From: an uncultured Clostridia bacterium
GTDB taxonomy: Bacteria; Bacillota; Clostridia; Christensenellales; UBA1242
Direction: 5' to 3'
Assembly (NCBI GenBank): GCA_930971385.1
Contig: CAKNGB010000001.1
Span: 67,670 to 131,669 of the forward strand
Length of the DNA stretch: 64,000 bases
The first letter of the stretch is position 1. Each line of letters starts with the position of its first letter. The translations under genes and the position numbers were made by a program. The notes below the pieces were generated by a model, which had not been told where the DNA came from, ran no database searches, and was given only the letters and a program-made list of their open reading frames with translations. Positions 9,314 through 20,900 of this stretch are shown piece by piece.

Positions 9314-9634
9314 ATGGAAGAAAAAAGAAAGGTGCCTGTTCCACCAAGAAATTTGCAAAACTCGCAAAACAATGTTGCGAGAAATTTTCCACCACCACCT
9401 CCAACTTTGAAAAAGGAACAAAATGAAGAGGTGAAAGAGGAGAAAGTTGAACCTCAAATCTCTGAACAGCCTGAAAAGGTTGAAGAAGTAAAACAAGAAC
9501 CAAAACAGGAGGTTGGCGAGCCTTTTAAGCAAAAGAAGAAGGTTGATAAAGTCGCCGTTGGGCTTTGGAGCGGTCTTATCTTTGGCGGAATTTTGTTTGT
9601 TGCATTAATATTTTGTTTGGTATATTTTAACTAA
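9314..9634 (+). CDS. Pro/Glu/Lys-rich tail-anchored membrane protein, hypothetical
   Basis: RBS GAGGGAG upstream. Low-complexity region (PPPPPTLKKEQNEEVKEEKVEPQ) followed by a C-terminal TM helix GLWSGLIFGGILFVALIFCLVYF. Confidence 0.45.
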   Translation: MEEKRKVPVPPRNLQNSQNNVARNFPPPPPTLKKEQNEEVKEEKVEPQISEQPEKVEEVKQEPKQEVGEPFKQKKKVDKVAVGLWSGLIFGGILFVALIFCLVYFN

Positions 9635-9659
9635 ATCAACACAAAGGTGTTGATTTTTT
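9633..9659 (+). terminator. intrinsic terminator
   Basis: AAATCAACAC (9633-9642), loop aaag, GTGTTGATTT (9647-9656): perfect 10-bp stem followed by a T-run. Confidence 0.75.
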
Positions 9660-9776
9660 AATTTTTTTGCGTTTTTAATGAAAATTTTAAGAAATATTAA
9701 GTAATTTTTGCTGTTTTATCATTTTTTATCTCACTCGCCTTTGTTTAGGTTTAACTTTTTTGGCAAAAATTACACT

Positions 9777-10229
9777 ATGAAAAAAATTATTGTGTTTGTT
9801 TTGGTGCTTTTTATGGTGGGACTTTCCTATTTTGCAAAGAATAAGGAAATTCCTCTTTTTAATTTAGACAGTGCCACAAAGGTCTGCTTTGTGGTGGACG
9901 AGAATGAAAAAATTTTGGGTGACATTACTCAGTGCGGAACAAAAAAGTTTGTGTATATGAGCTTAGCCGAGGCGCGCGAGGAAGTGGGAAAAATAAAATT
10001 TGACGCCATTCAGTTCTATTTTGATAAGGACGTTTTAAAAGATGTTTTAGAAGAAATGAAAGCGGAAAAGGTTTCCTCACAAAAGGTGCAAGGAGCTAAT
10101 GTTGAATATTATTACTCACCATATTTTCAAGATAGTGTGCTTATTGAAGGCAAAAAGGTGAATATGCAAATTGCCTTGAAAGACGGCGAAGTGATAGCGG
10201 GTTTACCTTTGATTTTAACAGGTTATTAA
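9777..10229 (+). CDS. secreted/membrane-anchored protein, possibly YwmB (DUF1779)-like
   Basis: ATG 9777 gives MKKIIVFVLVLFMVGLSYF. The ORF-track TTG 9708 adds an implausible 23 aa. The C-terminus VNMQIALKDGEVIAGLPLILTGY resembles the YwmB-family C-terminal motif as I recall it. The neighbourhood with an M23 gene and spoIIID fits. Confidence 0.3.
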   Translation: MKKIIVFVLVLFMVGLSYFAKNKEIPLFNLDSATKVCFVVDENEKILGDITQCGTKKFVYMSLAEAREEVGKIKFDAIQFYFDKDVLKDVLEEMKAEKVSSQKVQGANVEYYYSPYFQDSVLIEGKKVNMQIALKDGEVIAGLPLILTGY

Positions 10230-10295
10230 AAAAATTTAAAAATTTATGTTTAAACAATCTAAATCCTGTCAATAAAAATGGCATGGAGGAAGAAA

Positions 10296-10856
10296 ATGGA
10301 AATTCGTAAAGAAAACAAATTCAAAAACTTTTTCAAAAGATATGGTGCGATTGCGCTTGCTGGAGTTTTTACTGTTGCCATTGCTTTGACAATCGCACTG
10401 ACTGTGACAGACAAAGGAAGTGAGGTTTCAACAACAAACCTTGATTTTCAAGTGCCAATGAATAATGCGGAAATTTTGAAAGACTATTCCGACACAGACC
10501 TTCAATTTAATGAAGTTTTGAACAGGTGGGAAATTCACCTTGGAATTGATTTCACCTCACAAGACACCGCAGTCTTCTCGGTTTTAGACGGCACTGTCAC
10601 ATCAGTTAGCAACAACTCGCTTGAAGGCAATGTTGTGGAAATCACTCACTCTAATGGCTTTGTAAGCGTTTACTCATCTCTTGCTGATGAACTTTTGGTT
10701 AGTGAAGGCGACACCGTTCAAAAAGGAACGCAAATTGGAAATGCCTCAAACACAGCAGGCAGAGAAGTGGAAGAGGGAAATCAACTTCATTTTGTTCTTC
10801 TTTTAAATGGCGAAGAAGTTGACCCAAATAACTATTTAGACCTACAAAACAAATAA
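10296..10856 (+). CDS. membrane-anchored M23/LytM-domain protein with degenerate catalytic histidines (SpoIIQ-like)
   Basis: ATG 10296 is preceded by GGAGGA (10285-10290). N-terminal TM helix AIALAGVFTVAIALTIALTV. The HxxxD motif is present (HLGID), but YAHL is replaced by YSSL and HLHF by QLHF. It lies upstream of spoIIID. Confidence 0.6.
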   Translation: MEIRKENKFKNFFKRYGAIALAGVFTVAIALTIALTVTDKGSEVSTTNLDFQVPMNNAEILKDYSDTDLQFNEVLNRWEIHLGIDFTSQDTAVFSVLDGTVTSVSNNSLEGNVVEITHSNGFVSVYSSLADELLVSEGDTVQKGTQIGNASNTAGREVEEGNQLHFVLLLNGEEVDPNNYLDLQNK

Positions 10857-10859
10857 TCA

Positions 10860-10884
10860 AGAAAGGTCAAACCTTTCTTTTTTT
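10860..10884 (+). terminator. intrinsic terminator
   Basis: AGAAAGGT (10860-10867), loop caa, ACCTTTCT (10871-10878), then T6. Confidence 0.75.
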
Positions 10885-10954
10885 GTGGACTTATGTTTTC
10901 ATATGATATTTAAAAATATTTAATTAATTATTTTTAGAAACAGTCTAAAAAAAG

Positions 10955-10983
10955 TTGATTTTAAAAATTAAATGTGATATCAT
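10955..10983 (+). promoter_or_regulatory. sigma-70-type promoter TTGATT-17-(TGa)TATCAT
   Basis: TTGATT 10955-10960, 17-nt spacer ending in TGa, TATCAT 10978-10983, about 20 nt upstream of the acpP start. Confidence 0.4.
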
Positions 10984-11002
10984 AAATAAGCGGAGGTCAA
11001 AT

Positions 11003-11233
11003 ATGATTATCGAAAAAGTTAAAGAATTGTTAGCGGAACAACTTGGCATGGATGTTAATGAAATTCATGATGACTCTAACATTTTGGAAGATTTGGGGGC
11101 TGATTCATTAGATATTATTGAAATGCTCATGACACTTGAGGATGAATACGGAGTCACAATTCCAGATGACCAAATTGGTCAAGTTAAAACGGTTAAGCAA
11201 GTTGCAGAATTAATTGAAAAATGTAAGAAATAA
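11003..11233 (+). CDS. acpP: acyl carrier protein
   Basis: 76 aa from ATG 11003 (RBS GGAGG 10992-10996). Phosphopantetheine attachment motif LGADSLDIIEM. No fab genes are adjacent. Confidence 0.88.
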   Translation: MIIEKVKELLAEQLGMDVNEIHDDSNILEDLGADSLDIIEMLMTLEDEYGVTIPDDQIGQVKTVKQVAELIEKCKK

Positions 11234-11297
11234 TTAGACAAATTTTTGCATAATTCGACAAATCTTCTCATAAGTAAAATTATGGGAGGATTTTTTT

Positions 11298-11555
11298 ATG
11301 AAGCCATATATTGAGGCTCGCACACTTTTAGTTGCAAGGCATATAAACGAAACGCATGACACCATAAGAAAAACGGCAAAAATTTTCAGGCTTTCAAAAA
11401 GCACAGTGCACTATGACCTTTCATTTAGGCTTAATAAAATTGATGAAAATTTGTTTAATGAGGTGAAAGAAATTTTAAATCTCCACTTTCAAGAAAAACA
11501 TTTAAGAGGTGGAGAGGCGACTAAAGAAAAATATAAAAATAAAATTAAAAAATAA
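11298..11555 (+). CDS. spoIIID: sporulation transcriptional regulator SpoIIID
   Basis: 85 aa. SKSTVHYDL, EVKEIL and HLRGGEATKEKYK match B. subtilis SpoIIID (SKSTVHKDL ... EVKEIL ... HLRGGEATKLKYK) as recalled. RBS GGGAGGA. Confidence 0.88.
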   Translation: MKPYIEARTLLVARHINETHDTIRKTAKIFRLSKSTVHYDLSFRLNKIDENLFNEVKEILNLHFQEKHLRGGEATKEKYKNKIKK

Positions 11556-11789
11556 AAAATAACAAAAAATGCATATTTTTTTAAAAAAATATTAAAAAAA
11601 CGGCTAAAAAATTGATTTTTTTGAAAAATAAAAGATTTTTTTAATTATTTTTTCATTTATTTTATCTCCAATAGTTTTCTCGTAAAGTATGTTTTAAGGA
11701 TTATTTTTTTATTTTCGAATTAATTTTTTTAATTCAAAAAATAGTAAAAAAATAAAATAAATTAAAACATATTTTTTATTTTAATTAAT

Positions 11790-11819
11790 TTGACTTTTTC
11801 TTGTATGATAATTTATAAT
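11790..11819 (+). promoter_or_regulatory. candidate sigma-70-type promoter of the giant gene, TTGACT-18-TATAAT
   Basis: TTGACT 11790-11795, 18-nt spacer, TATAAT 11814-11819, within a ~13% GC region and ~70 nt upstream of RBS AGGAGG (11882-11887). Confidence 0.4.
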
Positions 11820-11890
11820 ATTTATATATATTAAATTGCCCACAACTGATTAATTATTTGCTATTTGCAAATATTAAATAAGGAGGCTTC

Positions 11891-11959
11891 ATGAAAAAGT
11901 TTGTCTATGGAATTTTGACCACTTTGATGCTCTTTGGAGGAGTGTTTCTTTCTGCCTGC
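11891..11959 (+). other. lipoprotein signal peptide (lipobox L-S-A-C, Cys23)
   Basis: MKKFVYGILTTLMLFGGVFLSAC; the Cys codon TGC is at 11957-11959. Confidence 0.8.
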
Positions 11960-14900
11960 GAACCTGCTCAAATTTCACTCTCTCTTTCCACAAACATTGT
12001 CAATCTTGTGACGAATGATGAAACGGGAGGAAGCCCAAGAGAAGAAACAATTTCTGTTTCACTTTCAAATTCTGATTTGGGTGTTGAAGCAGAAATTATT
12101 TCTGGTGAAGAACATATTTTGCTTTCCGACATTGTGCAAAACAGGCAAGGCAATTTCAACTTCACAATCTCAGCACAAAACAGCGGTGAAGCACTCATTA
12201 GAGTTTACTCTTTAGAAAACAATAATATTTTTGAATACATAAATGTCAGCGTTAAAACCAATCTTGAAAATTTGCAAATGAATGACATGGTGAATGCAAA
12301 TGGGCAAAGCGAGATGTGGATTGAAAGAGGAGGAAGTAAAGTTCTTTATCCTGAAACTTATTTCACTTTTGACCCTATTGATGCCGATGTGGACGACTTG
12401 GTTTGGACTTTTAACGACATTGAAAACGCCACCGACACAACAAATGCTAAAACTCAAATTGTGGAAGGCGACCAAGTTGTTGCAGAAATTATTGATAACA
12501 CACTTTATGTTTATGACAACTACACTTCGCCAATAATTAATGTTTATGCCTCTTGGCAAGTTGGCTCCACAATCATTAGTGCCGAGAATCCACTGACTTT
12601 TTCCATCGTCAATCCATCAAGCATTCAAAGTTTGGTTATAGGTGGCGAAACTATTGACTTAACAAACGCGCAAGGCGAAACCACAACAATAAAATTAGTT
12701 AAAAATAATTTTAATGCAGACGAACAAGGCTTTTTAAGCGAAGTTTCAGGCATAATGGTGGTGGAAAGTAGTTATGATATGGATTTAAGTTTGAAAGCGT
12801 ATCAAATTGTGAATGGCAAAAAAGTTTACATTGAAGATTATCAAAACTATTTTAAACTTGATGATATTGTTAAAGAAAAAGTCGACAATCAACTGACCTT
12901 TGAGTTTAAGATAGATGCACTTGACGACACAAATTCAAATTACTATGGAGATTTGTATGTCGAGTTTGTGCTGTCTTACACAGATTTTACTTATCAAATT
13001 GACACTTCAAACGCTTCGCGAGTTTTGATTTCCACATATTACGTGCCAGAAACTGTTGTGGTGAGAAACGAAACAGACAATATTGGCGGAGCAACAATCG
13101 ACTTATATTCTTCCTATTTTTCTTCGCGTGGTTATAGGCTGACTGTCAACCTTGAACCAAGTGATGTTGGGCTTAACGACAACACTTACCATATTGAAGT
13201 TGATATGGAAACATCAGGAAATCGCCCAGAAGAATATTTACAAGTTTACACTTCTTCAAGTCAAAATCCTCTTTCGTTCACAAAGATTGAAGGTTCAAGC
13301 ACCTATGAAACGGGAGCGATTGCAAGTGGCACAACCTTGTATCTTAGAAGTGGCACTCTTTCCACTTATAGCGATTTTGAAATAAGGTTTGTGGCAAATG
13401 GCAATCCTCGCTTTGCCAGTGAGTCTATCTATGCCAACGGTTATAGAATTGTGGATGATGTGACAATGAATGTTCAAAATAGCGATGGCACGAATTTTGA
13501 CTTCGATTCCACTTACTTTATTTCCTCTTCCTCAAGTTCAGAAAGAGAAATAACTTTTAATTTAAGAGTTTATGGTATGTCATCTTCCACTGGTCTTTCG
13601 CCATCCTACACTCAAAACCGCAACTTCAGCATAACCATGGTTGATGCTGGTAATTCTTATGAGGATGTGGTAAATCCAGAAAATTCCTATGTGGATGTTA
13701 ATGTGACAGTCAGCCTAAATGGTCGCAACATTCAAGATAGTTTTGAGTTCACTCTTCTTCACCAAACTGGCATGGAATCAGAGGTGTTTAAGATTGAGGC
13801 GTTTAATCCATTAACTTCTGCCACTGTTTCAAATGGAGATAGGGGGGCGGTGAATGTGTATTTCGAGGATGTGGAAAATCAAGACTATATCATCGACCAA
13901 GATGCAAACTCTTGGACTTCTTCAAATGGCGAATATGCAACATCTGACACTTTGTCAAGCGTTATGATTTCTGCTGGCTCTAACTTCCCATTAAGTTTCA
14001 ACTTCAATAGCGCAACACTAAGTGAGGATGCCGAACTTCTTGTGTTTGACTTTGAGGCATATAGAGAGCAAAATCCAAATGTTGATGAAGAAGTTTTATA
14101 TGAAGATTACTATGCTTCTTTAACAAGCGAGGACTTACTTGAATATTCTGCAAGCTTTGACGCAGATTATTCAGAATATTTCACTTACGCAAATGGGCAA
14201 ATTCGCACTCAAAACAGCGATTTCATTGTTTATGTTGCTGTGATTTTCCATGGATTTAACGAAAACCATGAAAATTTAAGTTTGGTTCGCTTGTTTAGAT
14301 TGGAAAGTTTTTATCCTGTCACGGCGCTTCGCAGTGATGTGACCGATGCTGAGTTATATGCAAGAGAAAGTTTAGGCGAAGAGGATGAAGATTTGTCTAA
14401 TATTGATGTGCAAATTTCCATGCGTCTGGACAGAGAAATACCAACCTACAGCGATATGGAGTATTTCTCAATTGCCTTTGCTTCCAACAGCACAACAGGA
14501 GCGCCAAATTACATATCCATTACTGATGAAAACAATGCTGTTAAGTCGATTATTCAAAATGAAAATGGCTCTTTAAGGCTAACTGCTTTTAACATCAACT
14601 CCAACAGGCTAACTTTCAACATTCAAGCAGAGTCCACCTTGTTTAGTTCGGAATTAAGCGAAACCATATATATAAGATATAGTTATAGACCTAACGAAAA
14701 CAGCCAAACAAGTTATGAAAGAACGGCAACCATCAATCTTAGAATTATTCAGGCAAATCGCGTGGAAAATGTTACATGGGTCAATGAAACCTATAACAGC
14801 GAAGTTTACTTAAACCTAATTTCCAACGATGTTGAAGATAAAACATTCACAATTTCCACCTCAGTTTCTCCAAACGAGGCAAATAACAGAAGTTTAACTT

Positions 14901-17900
14901 ATTACTATTATTCACTTGACGAAAGAGGCTCAAATCTTAGCATTGAAACCACAGCAATGAGCCAATCTTTCACCTTAACAATCGGCGACCAAAGCGAAGG
15001 TGGCTATGGCTATCTATACATTTTGCCAGAGGACATGGTTAAAAGACAGGGCGGTTCCAGGCAGATTGTTTACTATAACCTCAATGCAGACGGCACATTG
15101 TCGACCACAGCGGAATATTTGCCTTTGTCTGAGATTTACAGTTGGTATGACGATGTTGTGAATGCAACTGGTGAAACGGGCGAACTATATCGGGCTGACT
15201 ATTTCCTAAATAACGCTGGCGAAAGAGTGTTTTACCGCGACCTTATTTTAAGAATCCGCGTGACGATTGCCGACGGCAAGAGCGAAGAAACGGCAATTCG
15301 TGTTTACACAGAGGACGATTTAAAAAATTTGGATACCTCTTTATACTATCGTGTTATGAATGATATCACTTTGGATAACTGGACGCCTTATACAGAATTT
15401 TCTGGCATGATTTTCGGTGATAATGAAGATATCACTTTGAATTTCACGAACGGAAGCCAAACTTTTATCAGCACTTTAACTGGCGTTGTGAAAGATTTGA
15501 TTTTCACTGGTGAAGTGACAGGTGGCGGTTTTGTGGCAAACACCATTTCACAAACTGGCGCAATTGAATCTACTGGCGTTGTTTCAAATGTTAAAGTGGA
15601 TGTGAGGTATGTTGACGGAAGATACGCACCAAGTGTTGTTTATGACGGCGTGAATGTGGCTGGTTCTTACTATTTAGGCGCAATTGCTGGGCAAAATAAT
15701 GGTTTAATTGAAAATTCTTATGCCTTGGGCGTGGAACTTTCTGGAGATGTTAACAACACTTTTGTCGGCGGTATTGCTGGGCGTTTAACTGGTGAAATTA
15801 ACGGCTGTGGCGTGGAATTTTATAAGTTCGATGATGGGCAAGGCGGAGTTGTTAGCGACCAATTCTCAGGAACATATTTTGGTGGCATTGCGGGCGCTTC
15901 AACAACAGAAAATGGTAGCGTGCCAAGAATTGTCAATTCCTATGCCTATGCGTTTAGTTTGGAGGAGTATGATGAAAACATAACAATAACTAATGCTCAA
16001 AATGTGGATGCTTTCATTGGCTACACATATAATGACACAGAAATCGAAAACACCTTTGCATATCTCGGAGATATTGAAATAAGAAGCACAAGTAATTGGG
16101 TAATTAGAAACTCCTATAACACTTATATTTCCGATGTTGTGGAAGGCAATGCAACCTTAAGTTTCAGATATTTTGATTCGGATGGAGATAGTGAAGTTAT
16201 CACGCTTGACGAAATTTCAAGCGCAGACTTTTCGTCTTTGAATTCTCAAATTTGGGAATATGAAAACATTGACAGTTCAAGAAACTTTGGCTTCCCATAC
16301 CTTAAACACATCAGCCAAACACCACGCGTTTCGGTTGAACAGTCGATTTATGATGTGGATGGAAAGGTTTTGAGCGCAGAAAACGACAGAGCGGTGTTCT
16401 TCTTCTATGATGTCACAACCACACCTCAAAATGAGGGTGCAAGATATGAACTTGATATGTTTAACACCATTTCTATTATCGACCTATTTAATCTAGAGGA
16501 AGAATTTGCTGACAGCATGCTTGTTTCTGTGGACAGAGAACAATATCTTTCTTTCTCCACAACAAATCTGTTTGTTGAGCGAACAACCTTAGACTTATCC
16601 AGCAAAATTGTGACGCTGAATTTGTTTAGCAGAATGGACTTTTCTGTTTCCAAGCAATTTGAAATTATGATTGTTTATGCCGTGCCAGAAATGTCGCTGG
16701 CAACAGGCGGTTCAACGCTTAATGCTGGGCAAATTTTAAGCGTTCAAACAGGCAGAAACAACTCAAGAACAGTGGAAACAATTGTGGATAGCAACCTCTA
16801 TTTAAACGGCACGCGCTACACACTTTTGCAACACGATTATTACTACACAAACACATTAACAAACAACCAAACCGAAAGCGGAGAAAATTACTTCTCTTCA
16901 AATGTTGCAGGCAACACGGTTAACTACACAGCAAATTTGGCAACTGGTGGAAACTATGTTAATTCTTCAATTTCCATGGGCATAACCTCAATTGACACTC
17001 CAGAACTTGCCGACTTTAATAATGCTGTTGTGAATTATAACACCACATCCATTTTGCTTGGCTCGTATAACGGCGCAAATGCTTTGTTTATCGACGCCAT
17101 TTCCTCCGACATTTTACCTTCGGAATCCACCTCATTTAATGCGGTGCTTAACACAGATAACAGCGAGGATGACCTTGTTTTGACCTTTGTTTACAACGAT
17201 TTGGAATATGATGTTGTGATGGAAAGCGACGCGAAAGGCTATGTTCAAATTGGCGACAACTTAAAACTTGATGTTAACATTGCCAAAACTTCTGAAAGTG
17301 ACAACGAAATGAGATTTAATGTTATCATAAATGTCAACAAAGATTATAGATATAAGGTGGATGGCGACTATGCACTCACAGTTTTGGTTAATCCATTAAG
17401 TTCAAACAATTACACATGTTCATTTAATCTTACGGTGCATAAACAAGAAATTAACGCTGTGAATATGACAGCCTACACCATCTCCAGTCGTGTTATCTAT
17501 AATTCTGTTTGGTATTATTCTCCAAGCGACACACTTTCTTCCACCTTAGTTCCAGGCACAGACTCCATTTTAACCATGGAAGTTAGCCCAAGTTTCGCTC
17601 ACTATTCCTATTTCACCTTAAACTATGAAATCTCCACAAGTGGAAATGTGGGCACGGTTAGCCTTGCAAGGTTAAGTTATGTTCCTTCTTTTGGCTATCG
17701 AATTAACAACACAACCTCAGAAAGCATCGGTTCAGGGCTTAGGATAACGCCAAACGAAAGCGATTATTCTAATGGTATATATTATTTTAGAATTTACATA
17801 TCTTCTGGTTTTTCTGCCAACAGCACGCTAAGGCTTGTTGTGAATTTCTATGACGAAAATGGCGTGATTGGCACAAGTTATGTTTATAACTATATGATAG

Positions 17901-20900
17901 ACTATCTCAACGAGGCAAACGTGCTTGTTGACGGCGCAACCACGGTTATGCTTGCCAAGGGCGACACTGCTGAAATTTCCGTGACTGTTGACCTTGACCA
18001 AACACTCACCAATCTTTCTTTGGTGGGAACAGGAAACGACATCACAAGAAGTGATTTAGTTGAAACCGTCACCGAAACATCAAGAGTATACACTGCAACT
18101 CTTCGCACCTCGGTTCTTTCCACGGTTTCAAGCGGAGCGACTGGTGCTTTCCGTGTGCAAGCAACAGTGCAAAGAACAATCAGTGGCGAAACGGAAATCA
18201 AACAAAGTTATGCCACAGTTTATCTTGTTGATTTCACAATTAATGCCGACGAAACGCATATTGCTGGAACAAGCTCCACTGCCACGTATAACGGAAGAGA
18301 ATATGATGTTCTTCACGGCTATGTCAATGCCACAAATGCCTTAGATTTTAACTATTCAATAAGCCCAGAAGAATATTCCTATGATGTTAATAACATTGAA
18401 GAGGCTGAAGCGGTTCTTGAGCTTGAAGAAAAACGCGCTGAGTTTAACGCTAACGACTCCTATGCCGACACTGCAACTGGCTATTACATCAACTATCAAC
18501 AAACAGCAAATGGATATGAAGAAGTGGCATTAAGAGAAAGACTTTACATTGTTTCATCCACTGGCGTGGCAACACATATATATAACACCGAACGCGACAG
18601 ATATGTGGAAAACACCATTGTGGAATTTTCAGGCTCTGGCGGAAATGTTTCAGTTCGAGGGCTTAGAACAGGTCAACTTCTTATGCGTCTTGAAACATAC
18701 ATTGTGGTGAACAACACTTCTTTCACATATACTTACGATTTCCTCATCAACATCGAGGTTTGGACGGATGAAGAAGTGCCTCTTCCAATCTACACAGCCG
18801 AGCAGTTTGTGGATTACCTTTCTGGCAACGAAAATGGCACCTCCACTGCGGATGACTATATTCTTATGAACGATATCGTTTTAACAGACTACACACCTTT
18901 GTCCACTCAATATTTCGACAGCTTTGATGGTAATGGCTACACAATTTTCATAAATTCCTTCCATTTCGACTCTGCGTCAACCACTTTAAATTTGGCGCTA
19001 TTTAGTGAAGTGACGGCAAATTCCACCATAAAAAATGTTAGGGTGAATTTGTATAACGGCGGGAAAATAACCGTTAACTTAAATGTCTATAACGAAGTGA
19101 ACATTGCAGGCTTTGCACTTGTCAACAACGGAATTATCTATAACTCAGATGTGGTGGCATATTACGATTCCAACCTTTCAAGTTCGCAAATCGTGTCGTC
19201 GGCAACAGGGCTTGTGGTTGATTTTGTTCGTGGCGAAGGCACCGACCCAATAAATATTACTTCCACAAATATGTCAAATGACGACGTGTTCATATCTGGT
19301 TTTGTTGGCACAAATGCTGGCGTAATCACAAACAGCCGTGTGGGTGGCGAAACATATGCGGTCATCATTGAAAGAAATGGCTCAACTTTCTATAATGAAA
19401 CAACTTTGCCACTTTTCACCTTGCAAGGTCAAGGCAATGTGGCGGGCTTTGTGGGAGAAAACTCAGGAACAATTTCTTCTTCCTTTGCAAAGAACATTGA
19501 AATTAATAACCAAATGAATTCCACTTCTTCAGAAACGGCAGGCTTTGTTCTAAGTAACTCTGGCGAAGTTCACACCTCCTTCATTCAAGGTCAAAACGAC
19601 CCAGACTCTGAGGACTACTACTATGACGGCTCGTCAATTATTTCCACTGGTCGAGTTGGCGGATTTGTTTACTTCAACAGCGGGCTTGTTAAAAACTCAT
19701 ATGTCAACATCGCCTTTGAAATCGACGCTTCAAGAAGTTATCTTTCTGCTGGTTTTGTTTACGAAAATTCTTCTAACGGCGAAATCACGCTTTGCTATTC
19801 AGCCACAAAAATGTCGAACTCCAACATCAATGAAATGAATTTCTCTGGCGTTAATGAAAGAGGTGAGGACCTTAACCAAAACCCAACAGGCATCACTTAT
19901 TCTTATTATTATGTTCCAGAAAATGTCGGCTCAACAACTCAGGATAGTTACACCACAGGCGCAACCTCAATCACCGATGTGGATGTTGAAGATGCTTTCT
20001 ATCGCTTCAGTTTTGCTTCTGAAGAGGGCGCTCTTGACGGCATTTGGACGATGACAGAGGACGGAATAACTCTTACAAGCGCAAATCACATCGCATTTTC
20101 AAACAGATACTTGGTTCAAAGTGAAACCTCGGAAGAATATTCTCTCTTCTACAGCACTTTAACCGACTACAGCACAAGGAGACTTGTGGATTTATCCTAC
20201 GGCTCACTTAAAAACCCAATCATCATTCGCGATGCATCCGATTTTGCTCTTGCAACAGGAAAAGCGCAAGAAAAAGAGATTTCTTCCTATAAACAATATT
20301 ACACTGACACAGAAGTTTTTGGACACTACAGAATTGTCAGCGACATCGACTTTGACGATATCGACCAAAACCTTGAAGGCGCAGAGGAACTTAGGCTGAC
20401 CACCACCACAAAGACCTTCTCAGGAATTTTGGATGGCAATGCTTTCACAATTTCAAACATCAACTTAGGCTCTTCTTCATATGTTGAAAACTATGGCTTG
20501 TTTGCAAGGCTTAATGATGCAAGCATAATGAACTTGGGTTTGGAGGTTGCTTCCGTTCACAATGTTAACGCAAACATTGTGGGCACACTTGCAGGAACGA
20601 TGATTGATTCTCGTTTAAGTGGCATAGAACTATCTCCAATTCCAACAACCTCCGAGGAAGAGGAAGTTGTTTCGGTTTCCATTGCAGGTAATAACATCGT
20701 GGGTGGTGTTGTGGGAATTGTGCTTGGAAATTCAAAACTTTCCGACATTCAAGTGACAGATATTGATGTTGTTTCGGCATACTACGACGGCTCAAAAGAG
20801 GTGGGCTATAACGACAGATTCACTGGCACAAATATCAGGCAAATTACCACAATCGGCGGGTCTTTGATGAATGCTGTGGATGAGCTTTCTTACGCAGGCG

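Noticed and set aside
9708-9776. 5' extensions in the ORF track that use far-upstream TTG/ATG starts (9708, 10278, 10955, 34453, 40480 minus strand, 40527, 42709 minus strand, 42775, 8667)
   Set aside because: In most of these cases a downstream ATG has a proper AGGAGG-like RBS and gives a typical N-terminus (signal peptide, or a conserved family start such as MKNSIVIKGARENNL for UvrA). Several of the upstream triplets lie inside promoter elements. The exceptions are 9777, 34474 and 8688, where no well-placed RBS is seen and the choice rests on N-terminal plausibility.
11571-11620. Homopolymeric A/T runs (7-8 nt) near or in the giant genes as slipped-strand phase-variation switches
   Set aside because: The runs are short, are not positioned in a promoter spacer or early coding region in a way that would toggle expression, and are common throughout this AT-rich DNA.
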